This document shows, one piece after another, positions 24,031-32,573 of a stretch of 39,452 nt of DNA. Every line of letters starts with the position of its first letter. Positions within the stretch are counted from its first letter, which is position 1. The notes beneath the pieces are model-generated. The model saw only the letters and a program-made list of their open reading frames with translations, was not told the origin of the DNA and did no database searches. Both the position numbers and the translations under genes were made by a program. Source of the DNA: a virus (Duplodnaviria > Heunggongvirae > Uroviricota > Caudoviricetes); the IMG/VR virus record IMGVR_UViG_3300021438_000001, positions 1 to 39,452 of that record. One strand, given 5' to 3'.

Positions 24031-25353
24031 ATGGCGTCCGAAATGTCAGAGTTTATTAAGGTCTACAACGACCATGACACGTACCCAACGATGGCCGATG
24101 TAGCCGAAGCACTCGGCATTTCGATCAAGACTGTTCGCAACAAGGCGGGCATGCTTCGCAGCCTTGCCAAGACTGACGCATCGGCTCCGAAGCTGATTTC
24201 GCGCACCAGCGTGAACGACAATCCAATGTCTGAGGACTCTTCGAAGTTCATGGAGCATTGGACGCCAGAGGACTGCATCAACGAACTGCTGCGAATCGCG
24301 GAGATTGACTCCGAGAAGATCGTCACTCGGAACTACTTCCGCAACCATAGCTCCATTTCTGAGTCCACTTGGAATCGCTACTTCGGCACGTTCGAAGAGT
24401 TCAAGCGCCAGGCAGGTATCAAACTCTCGCGCCAGCAGCATGCTCATGAGCGAGCCATCGCCAAGCATGCGTCCGTCGATCACTATCGCCGCATCAACAT
24501 CGAGCGCCATGACTTCGCCGAGAAATACGTCCGCGAGAACAACAACCGCTTCAAGTCTGTCCTCGTCTGCTCAGACCTCCACGACATTGAAATCGACCTG
24601 TTCTACCTGCGCGTCCTGATCGACACGGCCAAGCGAGTGCAGCCTGATGTGATCGTCCTGGCTGGCGACATCTTTGACCTTCCAGAGTTCGGCAAGTACA
24701 GCGTTGACCCACGCGAGTGGAACGTGGTGGGGCGCATCAAGTTCGCGCACGAGAAGATTCTTCAGCCGTTGCGCGAGGCATGCCCCAACACCCAGATCGA
24801 CTTCATCGAAGGCAACCACGAGGCTCGCTTGCTTCGTCAGCTTGCGGACGCAACCCCCGCGCTTCGCGCAGTGCTGTCCGATCTGCATGGGTTCACCGTG
24901 TCTAAGCTGCTCGGTTTGGATCGCTACGAGATCAACTACGTTGCGAAGGCCGACCTCGCCGCATTCACCAAGCGCGACTTCGAACGCGAGTTGGCGTCGA
25001 ACTACAAAATCTACTTCGACACTGTTCTCATCCATCACTTCCCACATGCGCGAAACATGGGTCTGCCTGGCGTGAACGGCCACCATCATCGCCATCAGGT
25101 GTGGTCGGAGTTCAACCCGATCTACGGCGCGTATGAATGGCATCAGCTCGGGGCAGGGCATCGCCGCAGCGCAAGCTACTGCGAGGGCGAACGCTGGCAC
25201 AACGGCTTCGTGATGGTCAACGTGGATACGGAAACCAAAGCGACAAACTTCGATTACGTGAGCGTCACGGACTTCGCGGTGTCGGGTGGCAAGTTCTACT
25301 ACCGCGAGCCATCTGAGTTGGACACATCGGTGCCAAAGACGCTCACGATTTAG
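24031..25353 (+). CDS. HTH + HNH-associated-repeat + calcineurin-like metallophosphoesterase fusion
   Basis: 440 aa. N-terminal HTH (MADVAEALGISIKTVRNK); SESTWNRYFGTFEEFKRQAG repeat; phosphoesterase motifs SDLH, GDIFD, GNHE, GHHH. Confidence 0.8.
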   Translation: MASEMSEFIKVYNDHDTYPTMADVAEALGISIKTVRNKAGMLRSLAKTDASAPKLISRTSVNDNPMSEDSSKFMEHWTPEDCINELLRIAEIDSEKIVTRNYFRNHSSISESTWNRYFGTFEEFKRQAGIKLSRQQHAHERAIAKHASVDHYRRINIERHDFAEKYVRENNNRFKSVLVCSDLHDIEIDLFYLRVLIDTAKRVQPDVIVLAGDIFDLPEFGKYSVDPREWNVVGRIKFAHEKILQPLREACPNTQIDFIEGNHEARLLRQLADATPALRAVLSDLHGFTVSKLLGLDRYEINYVAKADLAAFTKRDFERELASNYKIYFDTVLIHHFPHARNMGLPGVNGHHHRHQVWSEFNPIYGAYEWHQLGAGHRRSASYCEGERWHNGFVMVNVDTETKATNFDYVSVTDFAVSGGKFYYREPSELDTSVPKTLTI

Positions 25354-25369
25354 TCGGTCTTATATGGTA

Positions 25370-25393
25370 TGTCAGTGCTGACTGAGGTATATT
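25370..25393 (+). promoter_or_regulatory. operator and possible -10 upstream of phoH
   Basis: TGTCA GTGC TGACT (25370-83, 1 mismatch); TATATT at 25388-93. Confidence 0.6.
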
Positions 25394-25428
25394 CCGAATC
25401 AGGAATTACTCTCGGAAGGCAACTACCA

Positions 25429-26202
25429 ATGGCACGAACAAAGACCCCTCCCACCAACAACAAGCGCGCCAAGCGCAATCAAAAGGGAGGGGCCTCGCTG
25501 TTTCACGGCGACCCCCAAGATCAACAGGATTTCTTCGAGCCACGCCGCATCGAGAAAGTTGATCGCTCCCCAATCGAACCCCTCAACGAGTCCCAACGTC
25601 GCTACATCGGAGCCATCAAGAGCTTCGAACTGACGTTCGCCACCGGCCCCGCTGGTACAGGCAAGACTTGGCTCTGTGGCGCACTGGCGGCCCAAGCTCT
25701 CGAAGAAGGCATCATCGACCGCATCATCGTCACCCGACCCGCAGTCGAGGCTGGCGAATCCCTGGGCTTTCTGCCTGGCGAGATTGAAGAGAAGTTTGAC
25801 CCCTACCTCCAACCCTTCCGTGACGTGCTGAACGAGCGTCTTGGCAAGAGCAAGGTCGAGTACCTGCTCAAGACCGGCCGCATCGAAGCTGCTCCACTTG
25901 CTTACATGCGCGGTCGCACCTTCAAACGCGCCTTCGTGATCTTGGATGAGGCTCAGAACACCACGCCCAACCAGATGAAGCTGTTCCTGACCCGCATCGG
26001 ACACGATTGCAAGGTCGTGGTGAACGGCGACACCCGCCAGAAAGACATTCATGGCACCTCGGGTCTGGAAGACGCTCTGAAACGCCTCACTCACATCCCA
26101 TGCGTGAAGGCAGTGCGCTTCTCTCGCTCGGACGTGGTGCGCTCCGGCTTGGTTCAAGAGATCGTTGAAGCCTACGAGGTCGATGACGGAACGGACGATT
26201 AA
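25429..26202 (+). CDS. phoH: PhoH-like ATPase
   Basis: Start reassigned to ATG 25429. Walker A GPAGTGKT; TRPAVEAGESLGFLPG; PLAYMRGRTF; ILDEAQN; RSDVVRSGLVQEIVEAY. Confidence 0.95.
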   Translation: MARTKTPPTNNKRAKRNQKGGASLFHGDPQDQQDFFEPRRIEKVDRSPIEPLNESQRRYIGAIKSFELTFATGPAGTGKTWLCGALAAQALEEGIIDRIIVTRPAVEAGESLGFLPGEIEEKFDPYLQPFRDVLNERLGKSKVEYLLKTGRIEAAPLAYMRGRTFKRAFVILDEAQNTTPNQMKLFLTRIGHDCKVVVNGDTRQKDIHGTSGLEDALKRLTHIPCVKAVRFSRSDVVRSGLVQEIVEAYEVDDGTDD

Positions 26203-26295
26203 CAACTCAGTTGGTTTTGATAATTCAAATCCACAAAAGTAATAAATCCTCTCTAATCGACGGTAAAAACTTCCTCAAATAGTTATCATTTGCTA

Positions 26296-26323
26296 TTGAC
26301 CTAAGTAAGTGGAGACTTAAAAT
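26296..26323 (+). promoter_or_regulatory. sigma70 promoter with an operator variant in the spacer
   Basis: TTGACC (26296-301), 16 bp, TAAAAT (26318-23); AGTAA GTGG AGACT at 26304-17; AT-rich upstream tract. Confidence 0.6.
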
Positions 26324-26346
26324 ATCTCCACTTGAAAGGATTCAAA

Positions 26347-26967
26347 ATGGCAGCAGTTAATGTAGAAGGTGGCGATCCAGTTGCGGGTGTTGTAATGATC
26401 AACCCTAGCACTGGAGAGCCGATTAGTAAGTTCGGCCCAGAGTCTTTGTCTCTGGAGTCGGCGCTTATGCTCTTTGCAACAAAAGAGCAAATGAATCAGG
26501 CGCTCGCTGAAGCGAGTGCTAAATCTGTTCCTGATTTTGCGCTGTACGCACCTGCGGATTATGGCGGTGCAGAAGTCTATTACTATGGTCAGCCCATCCG
26601 TCAGAAAATCGTCAAGGCGATGTCTGGCGACAGCATTGTGAGCGACGGTACGGCAATCACACTCAAAGGTGGAAAGACATACAAGCTGACAGCAGCTCTT
26701 GCATGTCTGTACCCCTGGATGGCAGGTGGTTTCGCATGGGCAGAAGAGAACAACCGTATGCAACCGATTGGCGTTATGGGCGGCACAAACGGCGCACCTT
26801 ACAACTGGAATTCGCAATCTCAAGCAATCGCCATTGTCACGCCTCAAGCAGATACGCGATACCTCCTGATGAACATGAACCCATTCTCGGAGCTGCAAAT
26901 TTGTGGCGGGTTTAACTACTGGCAGACACCTGCCGGCTCGTGGATGTCTGTGGAGGTGATGAACTAA
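26347..26967 (+). CDS. orphan fibre-tip-like protein (possible C1q/TNF-like C-terminal domain)
   Basis: 206 aa from ATG 26347 (SD AAAGGA). LFATKEQMNQALAEA resembles a fibre shaft segment; the beta-rich C-terminus includes ITLKGGKTYKLTA and QAIAIVTPQADTRYLL; it is coupled to a chaperone-like gene. Confidence 0.45.
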   Translation: MAAVNVEGGDPVAGVVMINPSTGEPISKFGPESLSLESALMLFATKEQMNQALAEASAKSVPDFALYAPADYGGAEVYYYGQPIRQKIVKAMSGDSIVSDGTAITLKGGKTYKLTAALACLYPWMAGGFAWAEENNRMQPIGVMGGTNGAPYNWNSQSQAIAIVTPQADTRYLLMNMNPFSELQICGGFNYWQTPAGSWMSVEVMN

Positions 26968-27347
26968 TGAAGTACGCATACAAAATCAACACACTTGGCA
27001 AGATCATTCGATCTGACGGCCTCGTGATCGAAGTGACAGCACAAGGCGCCCCAAGTGACGAACTGAAAGAGTTCTGGGCTTGGCAATCTGAGAAGAAGCG
27101 CGTCGGCATGATTCAGCAGTACTTGGACGACGAGGCTCGCATGGCTGAGTTTGCAGGCGGCATCGACTCCGTTGGGTCTTTCGTCAACTCTGAGGATGCT
27201 AACTACGCTCATCAAGCTCAGGCGCTCCTGGCTTGGCGTGACGATGTGTGGGCAAAGTTTGAAGAGATTCGGACGCAAGACCTGACTCTCGACCAGCTCA
27301 AGAAGCGTCTGCCAGCTCCACCACAGCTCTTTGCAACTCAGGGTTGA
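26967..27347 (+). CDS. tail fibre assembly chaperone-like protein
   Basis: Start ATG 26967 (TAATG overlap), 126 aa. IQQYLDDEAR…IDSVGSFVNS…QAQALLAWRDDVW…LTLDQLKKRLPAP is a pattern seen in fibre assembly proteins. Confidence 0.6.
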   Translation: MKYAYKINTLGKIIRSDGLVIEVTAQGAPSDELKEFWAWQSEKKRVGMIQQYLDDEARMAEFAGGIDSVGSFVNSEDANYAHQAQALLAWRDDVWAKFEEIRTQDLTLDQLKKRLPAPPQLFATQG

Positions 27348-27377
27348 ACCGCCGTGAAGCGGTAAGGTTCGGCTGAG

Positions 27378-27398
27378 TACAATCAGTCAGTAAAGACT
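27378..27398 (+). promoter_or_regulatory. -10 box plus operator
   Basis: TACAAT (27378-83), C, then AGTCA GTAA AGACT (27385-98); extended inverted repeat TCAGTCA…AGACTGA. Confidence 0.65.
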
Positions 27399-27411
27399 GA
27401 AACGAGTACGG

Positions 27412-28140
27412 ATGACGAACTACAACAAGGAACCCACGCCAGCAGACTGGCTTGGGTACTTCTACGGACATGACCTGAGCTTCCTGCATGCGGAAACGCT
27501 GGCGATCCAGCACATTCCTGCCAATCTGCTGAAAAAAGAGGCAGAGCTGATGAGGACAAAGTGGTTCGACTACCGCCGCATGCACCCAACCAAGGCGACC
27601 TTCTATCTGGCCTCGTGCTACGCGAAAGCATATGGCACGGCGATCTCGATCATGAAGGACTCGCAGATGGGTCTGTACCACAAGGGCTTCAAAGGCATGA
27701 GCTTCCTCGACACCAAAGAGAAGCTGGCCTTCTGGCGTCTGCGCCAGGGCATCGACAAGCTCGGCATCCGATACGACTTCTATCTTCGCAAGGCTATGGA
27801 CTGGTGCATTGCGAATGGCTGGCGTCAGCCGCCTCGCCCAAGCCAGCTGACTACGAACCCCGATATGGTTTCGGACATCATGCTTGCATGGGAAGAGGAG
27901 TGCGGCTCACGCATCCAGTTCTGCAAGGATCGTCGGTACAAGGTATGCAATTTCTTTGGACATAGTGACCAATTGGCTTACGAGCGATACGTGCTTGACG
28001 CCATTAAGCAACGAGCGCAACCACGGTACGCCCTGAACTCGGCGCTCTACTTGGAAGATGCAGTTCGCATTGAGGCTGCGCTTCAGGAATTTGGTGAGCG
28101 GGTAGTAGAAGAGGCGGTGTCTCTTTCACTCGCTGCATAA
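27412..28140 (+). CDS. hypothetical protein heading the replication block
   Basis: 242 aa; motif RTKWFDYRRMHP; no catalytic motif recognised. Confidence 0.75.
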   Translation: MTNYNKEPTPADWLGYFYGHDLSFLHAETLAIQHIPANLLKKEAELMRTKWFDYRRMHPTKATFYLASCYAKAYGTAISIMKDSQMGLYHKGFKGMSFLDTKEKLAFWRLRQGIDKLGIRYDFYLRKAMDWCIANGWRQPPRPSQLTTNPDMVSDIMLAWEEECGSRIQFCKDRRYKVCNFFGHSDQLAYERYVLDAIKQRAQPRYALNSALYLEDAVRIEAALQEFGERVVEEAVSLSLAA

Positions 28141-28158
28141 GTCATTCGTGACTATAAT
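28140..28158 (+). promoter_or_regulatory. perfect operator fused to a -10 box
   Basis: AGTCA TTCG TGACT (28140-53) plus TATAAT (28153-58); it begins on the last A of the upstream TAA. Confidence 0.85.
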
Positions 28159-28206
28159 CACAATTCAAGTTTTCGATTTTCAAACAACCAAAAAGGAGAG
28201 AACAAT

Positions 28207-28530
28207 ATGTTCCCATCAGACCACGCTTCCGCCCGCGATAACACCCCTCGTTTCGCCGCAAAGCGTCCCGCCGCCAAACCTCAGACTCCAAAGGGTCACG
28301 AAGCCTTCTTGAAGGCGCTCGAAGGTTCTGGCGCGTCCGTGATTGTGGAGATGGTTGACGGTTCGTCGCTCACTGGCTCTGTCAAGCATTCTGACAAGTA
28401 CACGATTTCCCTCAAGGTCGATAAGCAAGAGGGCGGCTATCAGGTCTACGTGATCTTCAAGCACGCCATCACGCTCTTTTACACGCCTGGCATCGCAGCA
28501 ACCAAAACTGAAGCCGGCACAGAAGCCTAA
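28207..28530 (+). CDS. Hfq-like Sm-fold RNA-binding protein
   Basis: 107 aa. HEAFLKALEGSGASVIVEMVDGSSLTGSVKHSDKYTISL…VIFKHAITLF parallels E. coli Hfq ([39 protein letters not shown]…MVYKHAISTV). SD AAGGAG. Confidence 0.8.
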   Translation: MFPSDHASARDNTPRFAAKRPAAKPQTPKGHEAFLKALEGSGASVIVEMVDGSSLTGSVKHSDKYTISLKVDKQEGGYQVYVIFKHAITLFYTPGIAATKTEAGTEA

Positions 28531-28535
28531 GTCAG

Positions 28536-29957
28536 ATGGTTGACGCTGCACTCACGGCAGCCGAAGACTCCGTTGCAAGCATGGTCGGCGCAGCTTTCGA
28601 AGCAAAACTCGAAGCGCCCACCGCAGAGCCGACAACTGAGTCCGACGACGTTGCCAAATTTCCCTTTGACGATCAGTTCCAGACCCGTATCGCCGCACTC
28701 GCCGTGAGCGATACAGAGTTCATGCGCCGCACATCGCATGTTCTCAAGCCTGAATTTTTCGAAGAAGTTGGTGAAGCAAGCCTTGTCAATCTGGCGCTGA
28801 ACCACTTCAAACGCTACGGCGAATCTCCTGGCAGAGCAGTTCTCAATCAGCGAATCCGCGATGAGATCGGCTCCGGCATCATCCGCAAAGATTCGGCAAA
28901 GCTCGTCGTATTGGCTGCAAAGCGCATTGGCGAGATCGGCCCTGGCGACCGCGAGTACGTCGAGGACAAGGTTGTCGAGTTCGCACGCCACCAGGCTGTG
29001 AGCCTGGCTGTGCTGAAGTCCGTCGATCTGATCGAGAAGAAGAAGTTCGACAAGATCGAAGAGGAGATCAAGGCCGCTATCCAGATCGGCATCAACGAGG
29101 ATGGCACGGCTTACGACTACTACCAAAAGATCGAAGACCGGACAAACAACCGCATCGACGCTGCTTCGGGTGCTCGTCCACCGCGAGGCATCACTACCGG
29201 CAACCTGAAGATGGACGAGATTCTGTTCCACAAGGGTTGGGGCAGACGCGAACTCGTGTCCATCATGGGTGGTGCGAAGTCCGGCAAAACGACCGCGCTG
29301 ATTGGCTTTGCGAAGGCCGCATCGCTCAAAGGCTTCAACGTCCTCTACGTCACCCTTGAGGTGTCTGCGGACATCATTGCTCAACGTCTCGACGCCTCCA
29401 TGTCGGACACGATGATCAAGGAGCTTGAGAAGCACATCCATGATGTGAAGTCGAAAGTCGAAGCTCTCGGTGCCAAAGCCGGCAAGCTGAAGATTCACGA
29501 GTACCCATCTGGCACGTTCACTCCGAACATGCTGCGCCGACTGCTCAAGCGGTATTCGGCAATGGGTCAGAAGTTCGACTTGGTGGTGGTGGATTACGCC
29601 GACATTATGGCGCCGAACTTCCGCTACAACGACCCCATCGAGAACTCCAAGAGCGTCTACGTTGACCTTCGAGCCATTGCGTTCGAAGAAGACGTGGCGA
29701 TGCTTACCGCTACACAGACAAACCGCGAGGGCTACAAGTCAACGGTGGCGAAGGCCGAACACGTTGCAGAAGACTTCAACAAGGTGCGGACGGTTGACCT
29801 GATGATCTCCATCAACGTCACCGATGAAGAACGCGCTAAAGGCGAAGCTCGACTGTACTTCGCAGCGTCTCGTAACCAAGAATCAGGCTTCACGATCTTC
29901 ATCAAGCAGGACTTGTCCAAGATGAAGTTCATGGAATCAATTCTGAGGGTCGAGTGA
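28536..29957 (+). CDS. dnaB: DnaB-like replicative helicase
   Basis: 473 aa. Walker A GGAKSGKTT, VLYVTLEVS, VVVDYADIM, ATQTNREG, AEDFNKVRTVDLMISI. Confidence 0.9.
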   Translation: MVDAALTAAEDSVASMVGAAFEAKLEAPTAEPTTESDDVAKFPFDDQFQTRIAALAVSDTEFMRRTSHVLKPEFFEEVGEASLVNLALNHFKRYGESPGRAVLNQRIRDEIGSGIIRKDSAKLVVLAAKRIGEIGPGDREYVEDKVVEFARHQAVSLAVLKSVDLIEKKKFDKIEEEIKAAIQIGINEDGTAYDYYQKIEDRTNNRIDAASGARPPRGITTGNLKMDEILFHKGWGRRELVSIMGGAKSGKTTALIGFAKAASLKGFNVLYVTLEVSADIIAQRLDASMSDTMIKELEKHIHDVKSKVEALGAKAGKLKIHEYPSGTFTPNMLRRLLKRYSAMGQKFDLVVVDYADIMAPNFRYNDPIENSKSVYVDLRAIAFEEDVAMLTATQTNREGYKSTVAKAEHVAEDFNKVRTVDLMISINVTDEERAKGEARLYFAASRNQESGFTIFIKQDLSKMKFMESILRVE

Positions 29958-30094
29958 TGCACAAGGCCGAGTTTATTAAGGCATTCGTCTTGGCTCGCGC
30001 AAGAGCCGTAGCGACAGAGCGATTCAACTACTCTCAGGCTGTTCAAGACGCAACAATCGCTTGGGCACTCATCCAGAAGGAGCTTGCGAAGTGA
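29957..30094 (+). CDS. small hypothetical protein (below the ORF-track cutoff)
   Basis: MHKAEFIKAFVLARARAVATERFNYSQAVQDATIAWALIQKELAK* (45 aa). It exactly fills the gap, with TGATG and GTGA overlaps on both sides. Confidence 0.6.
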   Translation: MHKAEFIKAFVLARARAVATERFNYSQAVQDATIAWALIQKELAK

Positions 30095-31173
30095 GCGCCG
30101 GCAACGAGGAGCTTCAAGAGGCGCTTGAGCAGATCGACATGGAGGCCTGGCTTGATCGCCAGGGCCTTGACTACAAGAAGGCTCGCGGCTCTCGCGGACT
30201 TCAACTGAACGTCAAGGAATGTCCGGTTTGCGGCAACAGCAACTGGAAGGTTTACCTGAACGCCGACAGCGGCTTGGGCAACTGCTTCGCAGGCGACTGC
30301 GAGAAGAAGTACAACCGCTGGAGCTTCATTCGTGCCGTGCTTGGCGATGTGTCCACGCGAGACGTTGTGGATCATGTCAAGCACGTTGCGGCCGAGCAGG
30401 GCTGGCGTCCTCCAAACCGCGATACCGCACCTGTGAAAATGCAGGGCGAGCTGAAGCTGCCTCAGTCGGTAGAGCTTCCTCACAACGGACGCAACGTGAA
30501 GTACTTGGAAAATCGCGGCATCGACGCCGGAATTGCAAAGTACTTTCACCTGCGCCTGTGCGTGAAGGGCGGTTTTGCGTATGAAGATCAAGGCGAGAAG
30601 CGATTCCAGAGCTACGCCCACCGCATCATCATTCCGATCTTCGATATGGACGGCAATCTCGTGAGCTTTCAAGGCCGCGATATTACCGGCGAATCACCGA
30701 AGAAGTATTTGTTCCCGCCTGGCTACGCGAGTACGGGAGCGTTTCTGTTTAACGGTCAGAACGCCATTGGTGCCGAGTCCATCGTCATCAACGAGGGCGT
30801 GTTCGACGTGGCGGCCACGAAGATCGCTTTCGATCAGGACATGCACTTGCGCAAGGTCGTGCCTGTCGGCTCGTTCGGCAAGCATTTGTCTAGTGGCGAT
30901 GATGAGAGCCAGCTCGCCAAACTCATGCGCCTCAAAGAACACGGCCTGAAGATGGTTACGTTCATGTGGGATGGTGAAGACCGCGCAATCCGCGATGCTG
31001 TGGATGCGGCGCTCGAAGTTCGCAAGATCGGACTGATCGCACGGGTTGCCATTCTTCCAAAGGACAAAGACCCTAACGAAGTGCCTGCAAGCGTTGTTCG
31101 CAATGCCTATTGGAAAGCAGAGACGGTGAACGCAGCAACAGCAGCAAAACTGAAGCTCAAGCATCAGGGGTAA
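30091..31173 (+). CDS. DNA primase (Zn ribbon + TOPRIM)
   Basis: GTG start 30091. CPVC…NCFAGDC zinc ribbon; RIIIPIFD.DGNLVSFQGR; TOPRIM motifs INEGVFD and MWDGED; KDPNE. Confidence 0.9.
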   Translation: MSAGNEELQEALEQIDMEAWLDRQGLDYKKARGSRGLQLNVKECPVCGNSNWKVYLNADSGLGNCFAGDCEKKYNRWSFIRAVLGDVSTRDVVDHVKHVAAEQGWRPPNRDTAPVKMQGELKLPQSVELPHNGRNVKYLENRGIDAGIAKYFHLRLCVKGGFAYEDQGEKRFQSYAHRIIIPIFDMDGNLVSFQGRDITGESPKKYLFPPGYASTGAFLFNGQNAIGAESIVINEGVFDVAATKIAFDQDMHLRKVVPVGSFGKHLSSGDDESQLAKLMRLKEHGLKMVTFMWDGEDRAIRDAVDAALEVRKIGLIARVAILPKDKDPNEVPASVVRNAYWKAETVNAATAAKLKLKHQG

Positions 31174-31244
31174 TTCATAGCCAGACTGGTTAGCCCGTCA
31201 TGTGAAAACTATGATTCTCGCAATTGAGAAAACAAGAGGTGTAA

Positions 31245-31694
31245 ATGACAATTCATATAGAGCCGCGATATTTAGCGCATGAGGGCGGCACAAAGTTCTA
31301 CGAGGTGATCCAGTTCTACAACGTGGATGCCAAGAAGTTCGTCGTCGCTAAACGATGGGGTGCAATGGGTAAAAGTGGTGAGGTGAAAATCGACGCATAC
31401 CCAACTCAACGTAAGGCGCAGCAAGAAGCTGAGAAAATCATTCGCTCGAAAGAGGGTAGGGGATATGCAATTGCGTCCAAGAACTCTGGGCTGCATGGAC
31501 TCTCTACCGACTCGCTCGGCAATGACGAACTTTCTCGCCAGCTTCGCAACCACTACCGAAGCGATTACGCAAACGCCATCGCAAGTGGCCTTCTGATTGA
31601 AGAAGTGGAAGCTATCTCGGTCGAGGAGGATGACGTTGTTGTGGAGGAGCCGATGCCTGAACCCGAGCGCGGTGAAGAGTGGGGTAGCTGGTGA
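31245..31694 (+). CDS. WGR-domain protein
   Basis: 149 aa. GGTKFYEV…VAKRWGAMGKSGEVK…AQQEAEKIIRSKEGRGY is the WGR fold; acidic tail ending EEWGSW. Confidence 0.8.
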   Translation: MTIHIEPRYLAHEGGTKFYEVIQFYNVDAKKFVVAKRWGAMGKSGEVKIDAYPTQRKAQQEAEKIIRSKEGRGYAIASKNSGLHGLSTDSLGNDELSRQLRNHYRSDYANAIASGLLIEEVEAISVEEDDVVVEEPMPEPERGEEWGSW

Positions 31695-31936
31695 GCCAAG
31701 ATACTAAGATTCGAGGCTTGGAGCTTACTGGCATTTGGCTCGATGAGATCGCAGGCGGTTTACTCGGCGAATCTCGGGAAGCTATCGAGATTGGGAAGAT
31801 CGCTATTCAGCAGTTGGCGAAGTATCAGGAAGCTGAAAAACTCCGCAATTCACGCGCTACACTTCTCTCAGTGCTGAATGAAGTCAAACGGCATAAAGAG
31901 TTTTTGATTGAACGCCCCGAATGGGGAACATGGTAG
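31691..31936 (+). CDS. hypothetical protein
   Basis: 81 aa, GTGA overlap with the upstream stop; ends ERPEWGTW. Confidence 0.65.
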   Translation: MSQDTKIRGLELTGIWLDEIAGGLLGESREAIEIGKIAIQQLAKYQEAEKLRNSRATLLSVLNEVKRHKEFLIERPEWGTW

Positions 31937-31944
31937 GAGTTTCT

Positions 31945-32553
31945 ATGAACGACGAAATCACAAGGGCGGTTCTCGCTCGGCAACCTGAGTACCCACCCGA
32001 GCAATCAATGGGTGGAATCAACACGCATACGGTGGCTTGCCGCGTCGCCGGCTACTCGCCTGGCTACTGCGTGTGTCTGCACAAGATCGCTGCATACGAG
32101 CGCGACAGCGAGATCAAGTCCGCGCCTCAATGTGAGCAAGCGATTCGGAACAAGGAATGCCCCGCACTGGTTATGCGCGCTGAAGAACGTGCGGCTGGTA
32201 AGGCGCTGTACTTCGTTGATCGCGCACTGCTGCGCGAGGAGATGGATAAGTTTTTCGCCACGCAAAACACGCAATTCCGTGTGACGCGCCCTACGCCGGC
32301 AAAGCCTGCAACAGTCAGTACCGGCGAGATCAAGAAAAACAATCAACCCGTGAAACCGGCAATCACTTCGACGGTAAAATCAAACACTGAAGAAGACGGT
32401 TATGCGGCAGCAATCAATGCGGCCATTCGTGAAGCGAACGTCGCACCGCCTGAGCAACCGAAGCCTGAAGCTCCGGCTAAGTCAGCACCGCCTTCAAATC
32501 AGGGTATGACCCTTTTGGAGAAGGCTCTTCTTCACCTCAACAAAACGCAATAA
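31945..32553 (+). CDS. hypothetical protein with an N-terminal Cys cluster (possible Zn-binding)
   Basis: Start ATG 31945 (SD AGGAG). C…YCVC…CEQAI…ECPA, followed by a Pro/Ala/Lys-rich low-complexity half. Confidence 0.75.
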   Translation: MNDEITRAVLARQPEYPPEQSMGGINTHTVACRVAGYSPGYCVCLHKIAAYERDSEIKSAPQCEQAIRNKECPALVMRAEERAAGKALYFVDRALLREEMDKFFATQNTQFRVTRPTPAKPATVSTGEIKKNNQPVKPAITSTVKSNTEEDGYAAAINAAIREANVAPPEQPKPEAPAKSAPPSNQGMTLLEKALLHLNKTQ

Positions 32554-32559
32554 GGAGTA

Positions 32560-32573
32560 AGTCATGAGTGAAC
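32560..32573. promoter_or_regulatory. operator variant overlapping a start codon
   Basis: AGTCA TGAG TGAAC (2 mismatches) spans ATG 32564. Confidence 0.4.

Noticed and set aside
31700-31760. IRGLELTGIWLDEI resembles a terminase Walker B segment
   Set aside because: The ORF is only 81 aa, has no Walker A, and the rest is unrelated. At most it is a relic or a coincidence.
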